From positions 25,341 to 89,340 of the forward strand of contig CAVYIA010000014.1 of the NCBI GenBank assembly GCA_963768465.1: DNA of 64,000 nt, in the 5' to 3' direction. How positions within the stretch are numbered: the stretch's first letter is position 1; each line of letters begins with the position of its first letter. The notes beneath the pieces are model-generated. The model saw only the letters and a program-made list of their open reading frames with translations. It was not told the DNA's origin and did not search any database. Of this stretch, positions 44,046-53,757 are shown piece after piece. This DNA comes from an uncultured Thermoleophilaceae bacterium (GTDB taxonomy: Bacteria > Actinomycetota > Thermoleophilia > Solirubrobacterales > Thermoleophilaceae). The position numbers were made by a program, and so were the translations under genes.

Positions 44046-44955
44046 GTGTCCGACGCCACGCGCACGCCGCTGTCCATGGGTGATCCGGAGCCGGTCCGCG
44101 GCCCGGCCGCGAACCTCCCGGCCGTCCGCAAGGAGGAGCTCCGGCGCCACCTTCCCGGGCGTGGAGCCCGAGCGCCGGCTGACCGACTGGGGGCGCTCCG
44201 AGCGCATCGAGGGGCTGATGGACCGGACGCTCTACGACTTCTTCTACCGCTACTGGTTCCGGGCGGAGGTCGAGGGGATCGAGAACGTGCCCGCGGCCGG
44301 CGGCGCGCTGCTCGTGTCGAACCACTCCGGCGCGCTGCCGCCCGACGCGGCGATGATCGCCAAGGCGATCCGCGAGGAGCACCCGCAGCCGCGCTCCGCT
44401 CAACATCACCGTCGAGCACTTCTTCAAGGGCTATCCCGGCTTCTCGATGCTGATCCCGAAGATCGGCTGCGTGCCGGCGCACCCCGCGAACGTCCACCGG
44501 CTGCTCTACGACGAGGAGCAGCTCGTGCTCGTGTTCCCCGAGGGCCGCAAGGGCACCGAGAAGCTCTACAAGGACCGCTACCGCCTGCGCCGCTTCGGCC
44601 GCGGCGGCTTCGTGGAGGCGGCGATGCGGGCGCAGGTGCCGGTCGTGCCCGTGTGCGTCGTGGGCGCCGAGGAGGCGGCGCCGGTGTTCGCCCACTCCGG
44701 GCCTGCTCAAGCGCATGACCGGGCTCCTCTACTTCCCGATCACGCCCGACCTTCCCGCACATGGGCCCGCTCGGGATGCTCGGCTACCTGCCCGCCAAGT
44801 TCCGGCTGCGCTTCCTCGAGCCGATCCGCTTCGACGAGGAGGGGCTCCACGAGGACAAGGCGCTCGTGCAGACGACGGCGCACGAGGTCCGCGCCCGCAT
44901 CCAGGAGGGCCTCTGGGACATGCTCGCCACGCGCAAGTCGGTCTGGTTCGGATGA
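44046..44955 (+). pseudogene. lysophospholipid (1-acyl-sn-glycerol-3-phosphate-type) acyltransferase; four +1 breaks
   Basis: LVSNHSGALPPD (HX4D-type block)..VLVFPEGRKG..RFGRGGFVEAA..PVVPVCVVG. Confidence 0.8.
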
Positions 44956-46411
44956 TGGCGGGCTCGCGCCGGATCCTCGTCACGGGCCTCTCCACCTACT
45001 GGGGCGGACGGCTGGCCCAGGCGCTCGAGGCGTTCGACGAGGTCGAGGCCGTGATCGGCGTGGACAACGAGGAGCCGCAGGTCGAGCTCGAGCGCACCGA
45101 GTACGTGAAGGTCGGCACCCAGCACGCGCTGCTGCGCCGCGTGGTGGAGGCGGCCGAGATCGACACGGTGGTGGACACCCGGCTGGTGGTCGACTCCGCC
45201 ACCACCACGCCCGGCAAGGCGCACGAGAACAACGTCATCGGGACGATGAACATCCTCGCCGCCTGCAGCGGGGCCGGCTCGCCGGTGCGCAAGGTGGTCT
45301 TCAAGTCGTCCGCGCACTACTACGGCTGCGAGCAGGACGACCCGGCCTTCTTCGACGAGACCATGCCGCGCTCGCACCCGCCGCGCACCAACATCGAGCG
45401 CGACGTGGTCGATGCCGAGGCCTCGCTGGGCGAGTTCGCCGAGAAGAACCCGGACGTGGCGGTGACCGTGCTGCGCTTCGCCAACGTGCTGGGGCCCGAG
45501 CGTGCGCACCTCGCACATCGGGCTGCTTCTCGCTCCCGGCGGTGCCGATGATCCTCGGCTTCGACCCGCGCTACCAGTTCGTGCACGAGGACGACGTGGT
45601 CCACGCCCTCGAGCACGCGGTGCGGCGCGAGGTCCCGCGGCGTCTACAACGTGGCCGGCGACGGCGTGCTCGCGCTCAGCGAGGTGGCCGGGCTGCTCGG
45701 CAAGCCCTACGCGCCGATCCTGCCGCCCTGGGGCACCGGGCTGGCGGCCTCGGCGCTGCGCCGGGTGGGGATCCGGATCCCGCCGGAGGCGATGCACCAG
45801 CTGCGCTTCGGCCGCGGGCTCGACAACCGCCGCTACAAGGCGGCGGGCTTCCACTACCAGCACACGAGCCGCGAGACGGTCATGAAGCTCGGCGAGCACC
45901 TGCGCCTCAGCCCGGTGGTGCGCGGCGCCCGCGAGCCGTACCGCTACGAGCGCGAGGTCGAGGAGTTCCTGCGCTGGAGCCCGCACGTGCGCAACGCGCG
46001 CGACGGCGCCGGCCAGATCGTCGCGCGGACCGACCCGGCCGAGCGCGACCGCCGCCAGGCCGAGATCGAGGCGGAGGCCCATGCGGCTCGCCGCGAGGCG
46101 AGCGAGGCCGTGGAGCGCGCCGCCCGCGCCGAGCGGGCCGTCGAGGCGCTCGAGCGCTCCCGCTCGACGGAGCGGCGCGCGCCGAGGCCCGCGCCGGCCG
46201 CGGCCGCGGCCGGCCGCGCCGCCGCCCCGGCCCCCGGCCGCCGATCGAGCACTACGACGACCTGGCGGCCGAGGAGGTGATCGCCCTGCTCGGCTCGCTC
46301 GAGGCGGGCGACCTGGCCGTCCTGCGCGACCACGAGCGCGAGCACGCGCGCCGTGCCGGCGTCCTGGCGGCCATCGACTCGGTGCTGGCCCGCACCGGCG
46401 CGCCGAACTAG
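44952..46411 (+). pseudogene. NAD-dependent epimerase/dehydratase with long C-terminal helical extension; four breaks
   Basis: ILVTGLSTYWGGRL..KSSAHYYG..NVAGDG. The C-terminal ~170 aa are charged/helical and end IEHYDDLAAEEVIALLGSLEAGDL.. Confidence 0.8.
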
Positions 46412-46501
46412 GCGCGCAAGCCCCGCTGCAGGCGGATCCAGCCGCTGCCGGCGGCCGTAGACTTCTCCAGGGGCGGCACTGACGCTGCCCTGCGATTCGC
46501 A

Positions 46502-47548
46502 ATGAGGCAGAAGTCGATCATCTTCGTGGTCGTGCTCGTGGCGGCCCTGCTGGCCGGCACGGTTGCCGCCGTGGCGTACGACAGCTCGCGCGACGACCTG
46601 ATCGCCTCGGGCGTGACCGTCGCGGGAGTGGACGTGGGCGGGATGCGCGCGGCCGAGGCCAGGCGGATGGTGGACTCGCGAGCTGAGCGCCCCGCTGAGC
46701 CGCCCGGTCGTGGTCATGCACGGGAGCTGGCGCTTCGAGCTCTCGGCCCGCGAGGCGGACGTGCACGCGGACGTGGACGCCATGGTCGACGAGGCGCTCG
46801 ACGCGAGCCGCAGCGGGAACATCGTGAGCCGGGTGGCCCGCGACCTCACCGGAGGCGAGGAGGACGCCCAGGTCCCGCCGCAGGTCATGCTACTCGCAGG
46901 CGGCCGTGGCCGGGCTGGTGGAGCACGTGGTCGCGCAAGGTGGACCGCCCGGCGCAGGACGCCAAGGTCGACTTCCCCTCGCTGGAGCAGGTCAGGATCG
47001 CAGCCCGGCTTCAAGGTGCGAGGCGCGCCGCGCTCGAGCAGCGCGTGCGAGCAGGCGCTCAGCGTGCCGGGCGTGGACCGCCGGGTGCGAGGTGCCCGTG
47101 ACCCGCATCAAGCCGAAGGTCACGCGCGCCGAGCTGGCGAGCGAAGTACCCGGTGGTGCTGGTGGCCGACCGCAACAACTTCAAGCTGAAGCTCTACAAG
47201 AACCTGCAAGCTGGCCAAGACCTACACCGTGGCGGTGGGCGCCGTCGGGCTTCGACACCCCGGCCGGGCTCTACCACATCCAGAACAAGGCGATCGACCC
47301 CGCCTGGCACGTGCCCCAGAGCGACTGGGCCGGCGACCTCGCCGGGCACCGTGGTGCCCGGCGGCGTGCCCGAGAACCCGCTCAAGGCCCGCTGGCTCGG
47401 CATCTTCGACGGCGCGGGCATCCACGGCACCGACGAGACCTACTCGCTCGGCAGCGCGGCCTCGCACGGCTGCATCCGCATGGCGATGCCGGACGTGATC
47501 GAGCTGTACGACCAGGTTCCGGTCGGCGCCCCGATCTACATCGCCTGA
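46502..47548 (+). pseudogene. L,D-transpeptidase (YkuD domain) with N-terminal TM anchor; about eleven breaks
   Basis: IIFVVVLVAALLAGTV..NNFKLKLYKN..GFDTPAGLYHIQNK..GIHGTDETYSLGSAASHGCIRM (catalytic His/Cys). Confidence 0.8.
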
Positions 47549-47836
47549 GCGCCGTCCACGCCGATCTCGCTCGACCGGGACCTCCTCCCAGCCCTGCTCC
47601 TCCAAGAGGGTCTGGCGGCCGGTGTGTCGAATGCAGAGCGTGCCGATGTATATGCCGCGCACGTGCTTGCGCAGGACCGCGTACCACATGGTGGAGGCGT
47701 CGCTCGGCCCCTGGATCTGGTGCCAGGGCGCCGACGGGCGGTCGCTGACCGGGTCCGTCAGCCCGGCCTCGGCCAGCTGATTCCGCGTCGCGACCCGTCC
47801 GTCCTGCGTGTTGACGAAGAACACACCCACCTCCAC
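47536..47836 (-). CDS. small hypothetical protein in a lower-GC patch; 5' end overlaps the xerC start; 3' end unresolved
   Basis: Minus-strand frame with high GC3: V(E)VGVFFVNTQDGRVATRNQLAEAGL..STMWYAVLRKHVRGIYIGTLCIRHTG..EEQGWEEV. No family recognised. Confidence 0.4.
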
Positions 47837-48731
47837 AGAGGCTATTTGGGCCGCGGCCCTGAGCGGGTTCGACGCCTGGCAGCGCACCCGCGGCATGGGC
47901 GAGCGCACGCGCCGCGCCTACGGGGTGGACCTCGCCCAGCTCGCCGAGTGGGCCGCGGCGCAGCGGCTCGCGCCGGCCGATCTCGGGCACCGCGAGCTGC
48001 GCCGCTTCGCCGGCGTGCTGTCCGAGCGCGGCGCCTCGCGCTCGACCATCGGCCGCAAGCTGGCGGCCTTCCGCGCCTTCTACCGCCACCTGGTCGAGCG
48101 CGGCGAGCTCGAGGCCAACCCGGGCGACCTGGTGGCCTCGCCGCGGCGCGACTCCTACCTGCCGCGCGTGCTCCGCGAGAGCGAGGTGGCCGACCTGCTC
48201 GAGCGCGTGCCCGCGGCGGGCCCGCTCGACGTCCGCGACCGTGCCCTGCTCGAGCTGGCCTACTCTGCCGGGTTGCGGGCACAGGAGCTCGTGGACCTGG
48301 ACGTGGACGCGATCGACCCGGACGCCGAGGAGGTGCGAGTGGAGGGGAAGGGCGGCAAGACGCGCGTGGTGCCCGCCGGCGAGCCCGCCTGGCGAGCGCT
48401 CGAGCGCTACCTCGAACGCGCCCGTCCCGCCCTCGCCGCGGCCGGGGACGGTGAGCGCGCCCTGTTCCTCTCGAAGAGCGGCCGCCGCCTCTCGACCTCC
48501 GACGTGCGCCGCCGGCTGGGACTCCAGACGCGCCGGGCTGCGCTCCAGGGCGGTGTCTCGCCGCACACGCTGCGACACTCCTTCGCCACGCATCTCCTGG
48601 AAGGGGGGGCCGATCTGCGGTCCATCCAGGAGCTTCTCGGGCACGCTTCCGTGAGCACGACCCAGACATACACTCGGGTAGAGTCGAAGCGCCTCAAGTC
48701 GGTGTACTCGCGCGCCCACCCACGCGCCTGA
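47808..48731 (+). CDS. xerC: tyrosine recombinase XerC/XerD family
   Basis: 307-aa intact ORF. ..RDRALLELAYSAGLRAQEL..GKGGKTRVVP..HTLRHSFATHLLEGGADLRSIQELLGHASVSTTQTYT. Confidence 0.9.
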   Translation: MLTKNTPTSTEAIWAAALSGFDAWQRTRGMGERTRRAYGVDLAQLAEWAAAQRLAPADLGHRELRRFAGVLSERGASRSTIGRKLAAFRAFYRHLVERGELEANPGDLVASPRRDSYLPRVLRESEVADLLERVPAAGPLDVRDRALLELAYSAGLRAQELVDLDVDAIDPDAEEVRVEGKGGKTRVVPAGEPAWRALERYLERARPALAAAGDGERALFLSKSGRRLSTSDVRRRLGLQTRRAALQGGVSPHTLRHSFATHLLEGGADLRSIQELLGHASVSTTQTYTRVESKRLKSVYSRAHPRA

Positions 48732-48743
48732 CCGGAAAGACCC

Positions 48744-49535
48744 GTGGAGACGAACCTCAAGGCGATCGAGCTAAGAGACCTGTGGCGCCGTTACAAGGAC
48801 GAGCGTGACGAGAAGGCGCGCGAGCGCCTCGTCATCGCCTACTCGCCGCTCGTCAAGTACGTCGCCGGCCGCATGTCGAGCGGCCTGCCCTCGCACGTCG
48901 AGGAGTCCGACCTCATCTCCTACGGCCTGCTCGGGCTGATCTCGGCGATCGAGCGCTTCGAGCCCGAGCGCGAGATCAAGTTCGAGACCTTCGCGGTCAC
49001 CCGCATCAAGGGCTCGATCATCGACGAGCTGCGCTCGCTCGACTGGGTGCCGCGCTCCGTGCGCACCAAGGCGCGCGAGATCGAGCGCGCCAACGCCAAG
49101 CTCGAGCACGAGCTGCACCGGGCGCCCACCGACCAGGAGATGGCCGACGCGCTCGGCAACACGGTCGAGGAGTTCCAGGAATCGCTGGTGCGGATCTCGA
49201 ACTCCTCGGTGGTGGCACTCGACGAGCTGTGGACCGTCTCGGACGCCTCGGGCGACCAGGTCTCGCTCCTGGACACGATCCAGGACCCGCAGGCCGCCGA
49301 CCCGGCGCAGGAGATGGACACGACCGAGATGAAGGACCGGCTGGCCGACGCGATCGCGCGGCTGCCGGAGCGGGAGAAGCTGGTGGTGGCCCTCTACTAC
49401 TACGAGAACCTGACCCTCCGCGAGATCGGCGAGGTGCTCGGCGTGACCGAGTCGCGCGTCTCGCAGCTCCACACGAAGGCCGTCCTGCGCCTCAAGTCGC
49501 GCCTCCAGGGCGACCCCCTCACCGAGCCCGACTAG
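48744..49535 (+). CDS. FliA/WhiG family RNA polymerase sigma factor
   Basis: 263-aa intact ORF. Region 2 LISYGLLGLISAIERFEP..FETFAVTRIKGSIIDELR. Region 4 LTLREIGEVLGVTESRVSQLH. Confidence 0.85.
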   Translation: METNLKAIELRDLWRRYKDERDEKARERLVIAYSPLVKYVAGRMSSGLPSHVEESDLISYGLLGLISAIERFEPEREIKFETFAVTRIKGSIIDELRSLDWVPRSVRTKAREIERANAKLEHELHRAPTDQEMADALGNTVEEFQESLVRISNSSVVALDELWTVSDASGDQVSLLDTIQDPQAADPAQEMDTTEMKDRLADAIARLPEREKLVVALYYYENLTLREIGEVLGVTESRVSQLHTKAVLRLKSRLQGDPLTEPD

Positions 49536-49552
49536 ACGCGCGCGTTACGCTG

Positions 49553-49572
49553 CCTCCCTACCGCGAGGGAGG
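49553..49572 (+). promoter_or_regulatory. hairpin pairing an anti-SD (cctccct) with the Shine-Dalgarno of the EF-G paralogue
   Basis: cctccct-accgcg-agggagg, then ggagagag ATG(49581). Could equally be the sigma-factor terminator. Confidence 0.35.
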
Positions 49573-49580
49573 GGAGAGAG

Positions 49581-51665
49581 ATGGCGCACGAATCGCCGAA
49601 GAGGATCCGCAACGTGGCGTTGGTCGGCCACCGGGGCAGCGGGAAGACGTCCGTGAACGAGGCACTCTTGTTCGAGGCGGGCGCCATCAACCGGCTGGGC
49701 TCGGTGGCAGACGGGACGACCGTGTCGGACTCGGCGCCCGACGAGAAGACCCGCGAGATGTCGATCTCCGCGAGCCTCTCGTCGTTCCGCTGGGACGACC
49801 GCAAGATCAACCTCGTGGACACGCCCGGCGAGCCGAGCTTCGTCGCCGACGCGCTCGCGGCGCTGCGGGTCTGCGAGGGCGCCGTGTTCGTGGTGAACGG
49901 CGTGATGGGCGTGGAGGTGGCCACCGACCGGCTCTGGCAGCGCGCCGACGAGCTCGGGCTCTCGCGGCTCATCTTCGTGAACATGCTCGACCGCGAGCGC
50001 GCGGACTTCTTCCGCAGCCTCGAGTCGCTCAAGCAGGCCTTCGGCCAGCACGTGGTGGCCACGGAGATCCCGATCGGGTCCGAGCACGAGCTCGAGGGCG
50101 TGATCGACCTGGTGGACATGAAGGCCTACCGCTACGACGGCACCGGCCCCGGCGCGCGCCGAGGAGATCGAGATCCCCGAGGAGCTGCAGGCGCAGGCCC
50201 AGGAGTACCGCGAGAAGCTGATGGACGAGGTCGCGGAGGTCTCCGACGAGCTGATGGAGCGCTACCTCGAGGGCGAGGAGATCTCGCACGAGGAGACCGT
50301 GAGCGCGCTCAAGACGGGCGTCACCGAGGGGCGCATCTTCCCGGTGACCTGCGGGGCGGCCACGCGCAACCTCGGGCATCAACCGGCTGCTCGACGCGTT
50401 CGTCGAGGACCTGCCCTCGCCGGCCAAGAAGGGGCCGGTCGAGCTCGACGGCACTGACGCTCGAGCCCGACGAGTCGAAGGACATGGTCGCCTTCGTCTT
50501 CAAGACGCTGGCCGACCCGTTCGCCGGGCGCCTCAACCTGTTCCGCGTCTACCAGGGCGTGCTCGGCGCACGACAGCCAGGTGCACAACTGCCGGGCGCA
50601 CGTGAAGGAGCGCGATCGGGCAGCTGCTCGTGCCCCAGGGCAAGGACTCCGAGCACGCCGACGAGTTCGGCCCGGGCGACATCGGCGCGGTGGCCAAGCT
50701 GAAGGAGACCCGCGCCGGCGACGTGCTCGTCCTCGAAGGACACCGAGATCCCGCTCAGCATGCCCGAGATGCCCAAGCCGGTCATGGCCTTCGCCATCGA
50801 GGCGAAGGCGAAGGGCGACGAGGAGAAGATGGGCACGGCGCTGCGCCGCCTGCAGGAGGAGGACCCGACGATCGACTTCCACCGCGACCAGCAGACCGGC
50901 GAGCAGATCGTGGCCGGGCTCACCCAGATCCACGTGGAGGTGATCGTGGACCGGATGAAGGAGCGCTTCGGCGCCGAGGTGGAGCTGCACCCGCCGCGCG
51001 TGCCCTACCGCGAGATGATCAAGCGCGAGCGCCAAGGCGCACGCCCGCTACAAGAAGCAGACGGGCGGCCGCGGCCAGTTCGCGCGACTGCCACATCGAG
51101 ATCGAGCCGCTCGGCCACGAGCAGGACCTCGACTTCGTGAACGCCATCAAGGGCGGCGTGATCCCCGGCGGGTTCATCCCCGCGGTGGAGAAGGGCGTGT
51201 CAGAGGCGATGCAGAGCGGGCGTGGTCGCGGGCTTCCCGGTCAAGGGCGTGCGCGTGAGGCTCTTCGACGGCCAGCACCACTCGGTCGACTCCTCGGAGA
51301 TGGCCTTCAAGATCGCCGGCTCGATGGCGTTCAAGGACGCCATGGAGCAGGCCGAGCCCGCGCTGATGGAGCCGATCATGACCGTGAGCGTGCTCGTGCC
51401 CGAGGACTGCGTGGGCGACGTGATCGGCGACCTCAACTCGCGCCGCGGGCGCCCGCTCGGCATGGAGCCGAAGGGCGCGGTGACCGAGATCAAGGCCGAG
51501 GTGCCGATGGCGGAGATGCTCGAGTACGCGCCCGACCTGCGCGCGATCACCGGCGGTCGCGGCGACTACTCGATGGACCTGGCGCGCTACGAGGAGGTGC
51601 CGGCGCACGTGGCGCAGCAGGTGGTCGCGCGCGCCCAGGAGGCGCGTGAGGCCGTCAAGGCCTGA
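49581..51665 (+). pseudogene. elongation factor G paralogue (not in the str operon); nine +1 breaks
   Basis: IRNVALVGHRGSGKTS..DTPGEPSF..NMLDRE..then domains II-V in rotating frames 0>1>2>0.., ending ..[16 protein letters not shown]. Confidence 0.9.
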
Positions 51666-51699
51666 GCAGCCGGCCACGGCCCCTATCATCGGCAGGTCC

Positions 51700-52432
51700 G
51701 TGAAGAAGGAGCTACGACCGGTCCACGACGCGCTCAACTGCGAGGTGTGCGGACGCACGATCCTCAAGGGCGAGCGCACCGAGAGCTATCTCGCTCCCGG
51801 CGGTCACCGCAACCTGGTCTGCGAGCTCTGCTCCGGCCGGGCCGAGCACGCCGGCTGGATCCGCGAGTCCGCGGCCGGCAGCCTGCCCCTCGCGCTTCCC
51901 CCGCGAGGAGCAGCGCCGCTCGCTGCTCGGCGCGCCTGCGGCGCAAGCGCGGCCGAGCCGGCTCACCGAGCAGCCGGAGCGCGCGCCGGTCCAGCCTGAG
52001 CCCGCCGACGAGCCGCCCGCCACGGAGGAGGTCGCCGCCCCGCGCGTCCGCAGCCGCCCGAAGGACCCGCGTCGCGTGCATGCCGTGCCCACCACCGCCG
52101 AGGTGAAGGTGGAGCGGGCGCTCGAGCTCTTCAACGACTCCGACCACCAGCGCACGATCGCCGGCCTGCGCCGTACGCTCGGCGACCCGTGGGTCAGCGC
52201 GCTGCCGGACGAGGACCAGGCCAGTGCCGTGTCGCTCGTCGTGGCCTGGGAGCTGTCCTGGTACCGCTACCGGGTGGACCTGGGCGACGAGTCCCAGCCG
52301 GTGGTGATGCTCGACAAGGGGGAGGAGATCGAGCAGATCGACGAATACCTACGCGAGTGGAACGCGGCGCTCGACCAGAGCGGTCGCGTGCTCGCGGGCC
52401 ACACCGCGACCGATGGAGGTTCTGAAGGGTGA
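51700..52432 (+). pseudogene. hypothetical protein: N-terminal CxxC..CxxC zinc ribbon, disordered linker, conserved-looking C-terminal domain; one +1 break (~51880)
   Basis: GTG 51700. LNCEVCGRTILKGE..LVCELCSGRAEHAGWIRE / PREEQRRSLLG..VHAVPTTAEVKVERALELFNDS..VVAWELSWYRYRVDL. Confidence 0.5.
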
Positions 52433-52639
52433 TCTACTGCGTGGTGCCCCAAGCCCTGGCCGGACGAGCTCTACGACAAGCTCGCCGACTACTACCGGGA
52501 CGACCCGCACGTGGAGGTCATCATCGACCGCCGCGCCCAGGGCGGGAGCCCGGGCGACCACCCGTCTCACGCCGATCGCCGCCGGCGGCGCCCGAAGGGC
52601 AGCTTCCCGGTGATCGAGGCCCCCGCGGCCGCCGAGTAG
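52429..52639 (+). pseudogene. small hypothetical protein (~69 aa); one +1 break (~52460)
   Basis: GTGA overlap with the previous stop. VIYCVVPQALA / DELYDKLADYYRDDPHVEVIIDRRAQGG..DRRRRRPKGSFPVIE. Confidence 0.4.
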
Positions 52640-52648
52640 CCCGCTCGC

Positions 52649-53083
52649 GTGGACAAGGTCGTCGTGCACGTGGACGGGGGCGCCCGCGGCAACCCCGGCC
52701 CCGCGGCCGCGGCCGCCGTGGCCACCACGCCCGACGGCGACGAGCTGGCCGAGCGCAACGCCTACATCGGCGAGGCCACCAACAACGTGGCCGAGTACCG
52801 CGCGCTGCTGCTGGGGCTCGAGCTGGCCAGCGAGCTCGGCGCCCGCGAGGTCGAGGTGGTGAACGACTCGGAGCTCGTGGCCCGTCAGGTGGGCGGCGAG
52901 TACAAGGTCAAGAACGCCGGCCTCAAGCCGCTCTTCCTCGAGGCGATGCGCACGCTGCGCGAGTTCGACTCCTGGGCGGTGCGCTCGGTGCGGCGCGAGC
53001 ACAACGAGCGCGCCGACGAGCTGGTGAACGAAGCGCTGGACGCCCGCTGCCGCACGCGGCCGGCCGCTGCCGCTAGGGCGTGA
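52649..53083 (+). CDS. ribonuclease H (type 1, RNase HI-like) domain protein
   Basis: VVVHVDGGARGNPGPAA..GEATNNVAEYRALLLGLELA..VVNDSELV..REHNERADELVNEAL (DEDD-type residues). Intact. Confidence 0.8.
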   Translation: MDKVVVHVDGGARGNPGPAAAAAVATTPDGDELAERNAYIGEATNNVAEYRALLLGLELASELGAREVEVVNDSELVARQVGGEYKVKNAGLKPLFLEAMRTLREFDSWAVRSVRREHNERADELVNEALDARCRTRPAAAARA

Positions 53084-53745
53084 AGTACATCGGGTTGGGC
53101 AGCTTGTACGTCTTCAGCGAGTAGCCGCCCTTCAGGTCGCTGCGCTGGTCGCCCAGGTTGGCGAGGATGCGGTAGCCCTTGCGCTCGATCTTCTTGCGGG
53201 CGCCCGACTTGTAGGGCACCACGGAGTCGTCGTGATTGCTCGTGGGCTTGAGCGTCAGGTCGAGCTTGCCGGTGTAGCCGGCGGCCTTCAGGTTCTTGGC
53301 CGACAGGGCGCGCAGCGGCTCCGGGCGGCCCGGTGATGAAGAACACCGCCACCTTCTGGGCGCGCGCGTAGCTTGTAGAGCGAGCGCACCTGCTTGATCG
53401 CCGGGCAGGTCGTCCTGGACGGCGCACGAGCGAGGCGGCCTCGAAGTCGCGGGCCTCGGCGCACTTGTAGAGCGACAGCGAGGTGTCGTCGATGTCGAGC
53501 ACGATCGCCGGCTTCTTCGGGCGCGGCTTCTTGTGGGACTTCAGCCAGCCCTTCACGAACGCCTTGGCCCTCGCTCACCTGCTTCGTGGTGTCCGAGTTC
53601 CACTCGCCGGAGTCGTGGTAGGCGCGCGATCTGGGCCGGCGTGGCGGGCGCCTTCGGCTCCTTCGCGACCCCGATGGCGGCCGCGAGCAGGCCCGCGAGC
53701 GGCGATCAGGCAGGCGAGGGCGGCGGTGGCTCGGGCGGGTACCAC
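53073..53745 (-). pseudogene. secreted HAD-superfamily class B/C acid phosphatase; several breaks
   Basis: Signal-like N-terminus. AYHDSGEWNSD..PAIVLDIDDTSLS (DDDD-type motif)..VFFITGR..ILANLGDQRSDL.. Confidence 0.7.
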
Positions 53746-53757
53746 GGAGGCGGAATC

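Noticed and set aside
47808-48731. The tyrosine recombinase as the integrase of a mobile element
   Set aside because: It is in a conserved chromosomal Xer context (downstream of the dprA region). There is no adjacent tRNA, excisionase, direct repeats or cargo genes, and the motifs match XerC/XerD.
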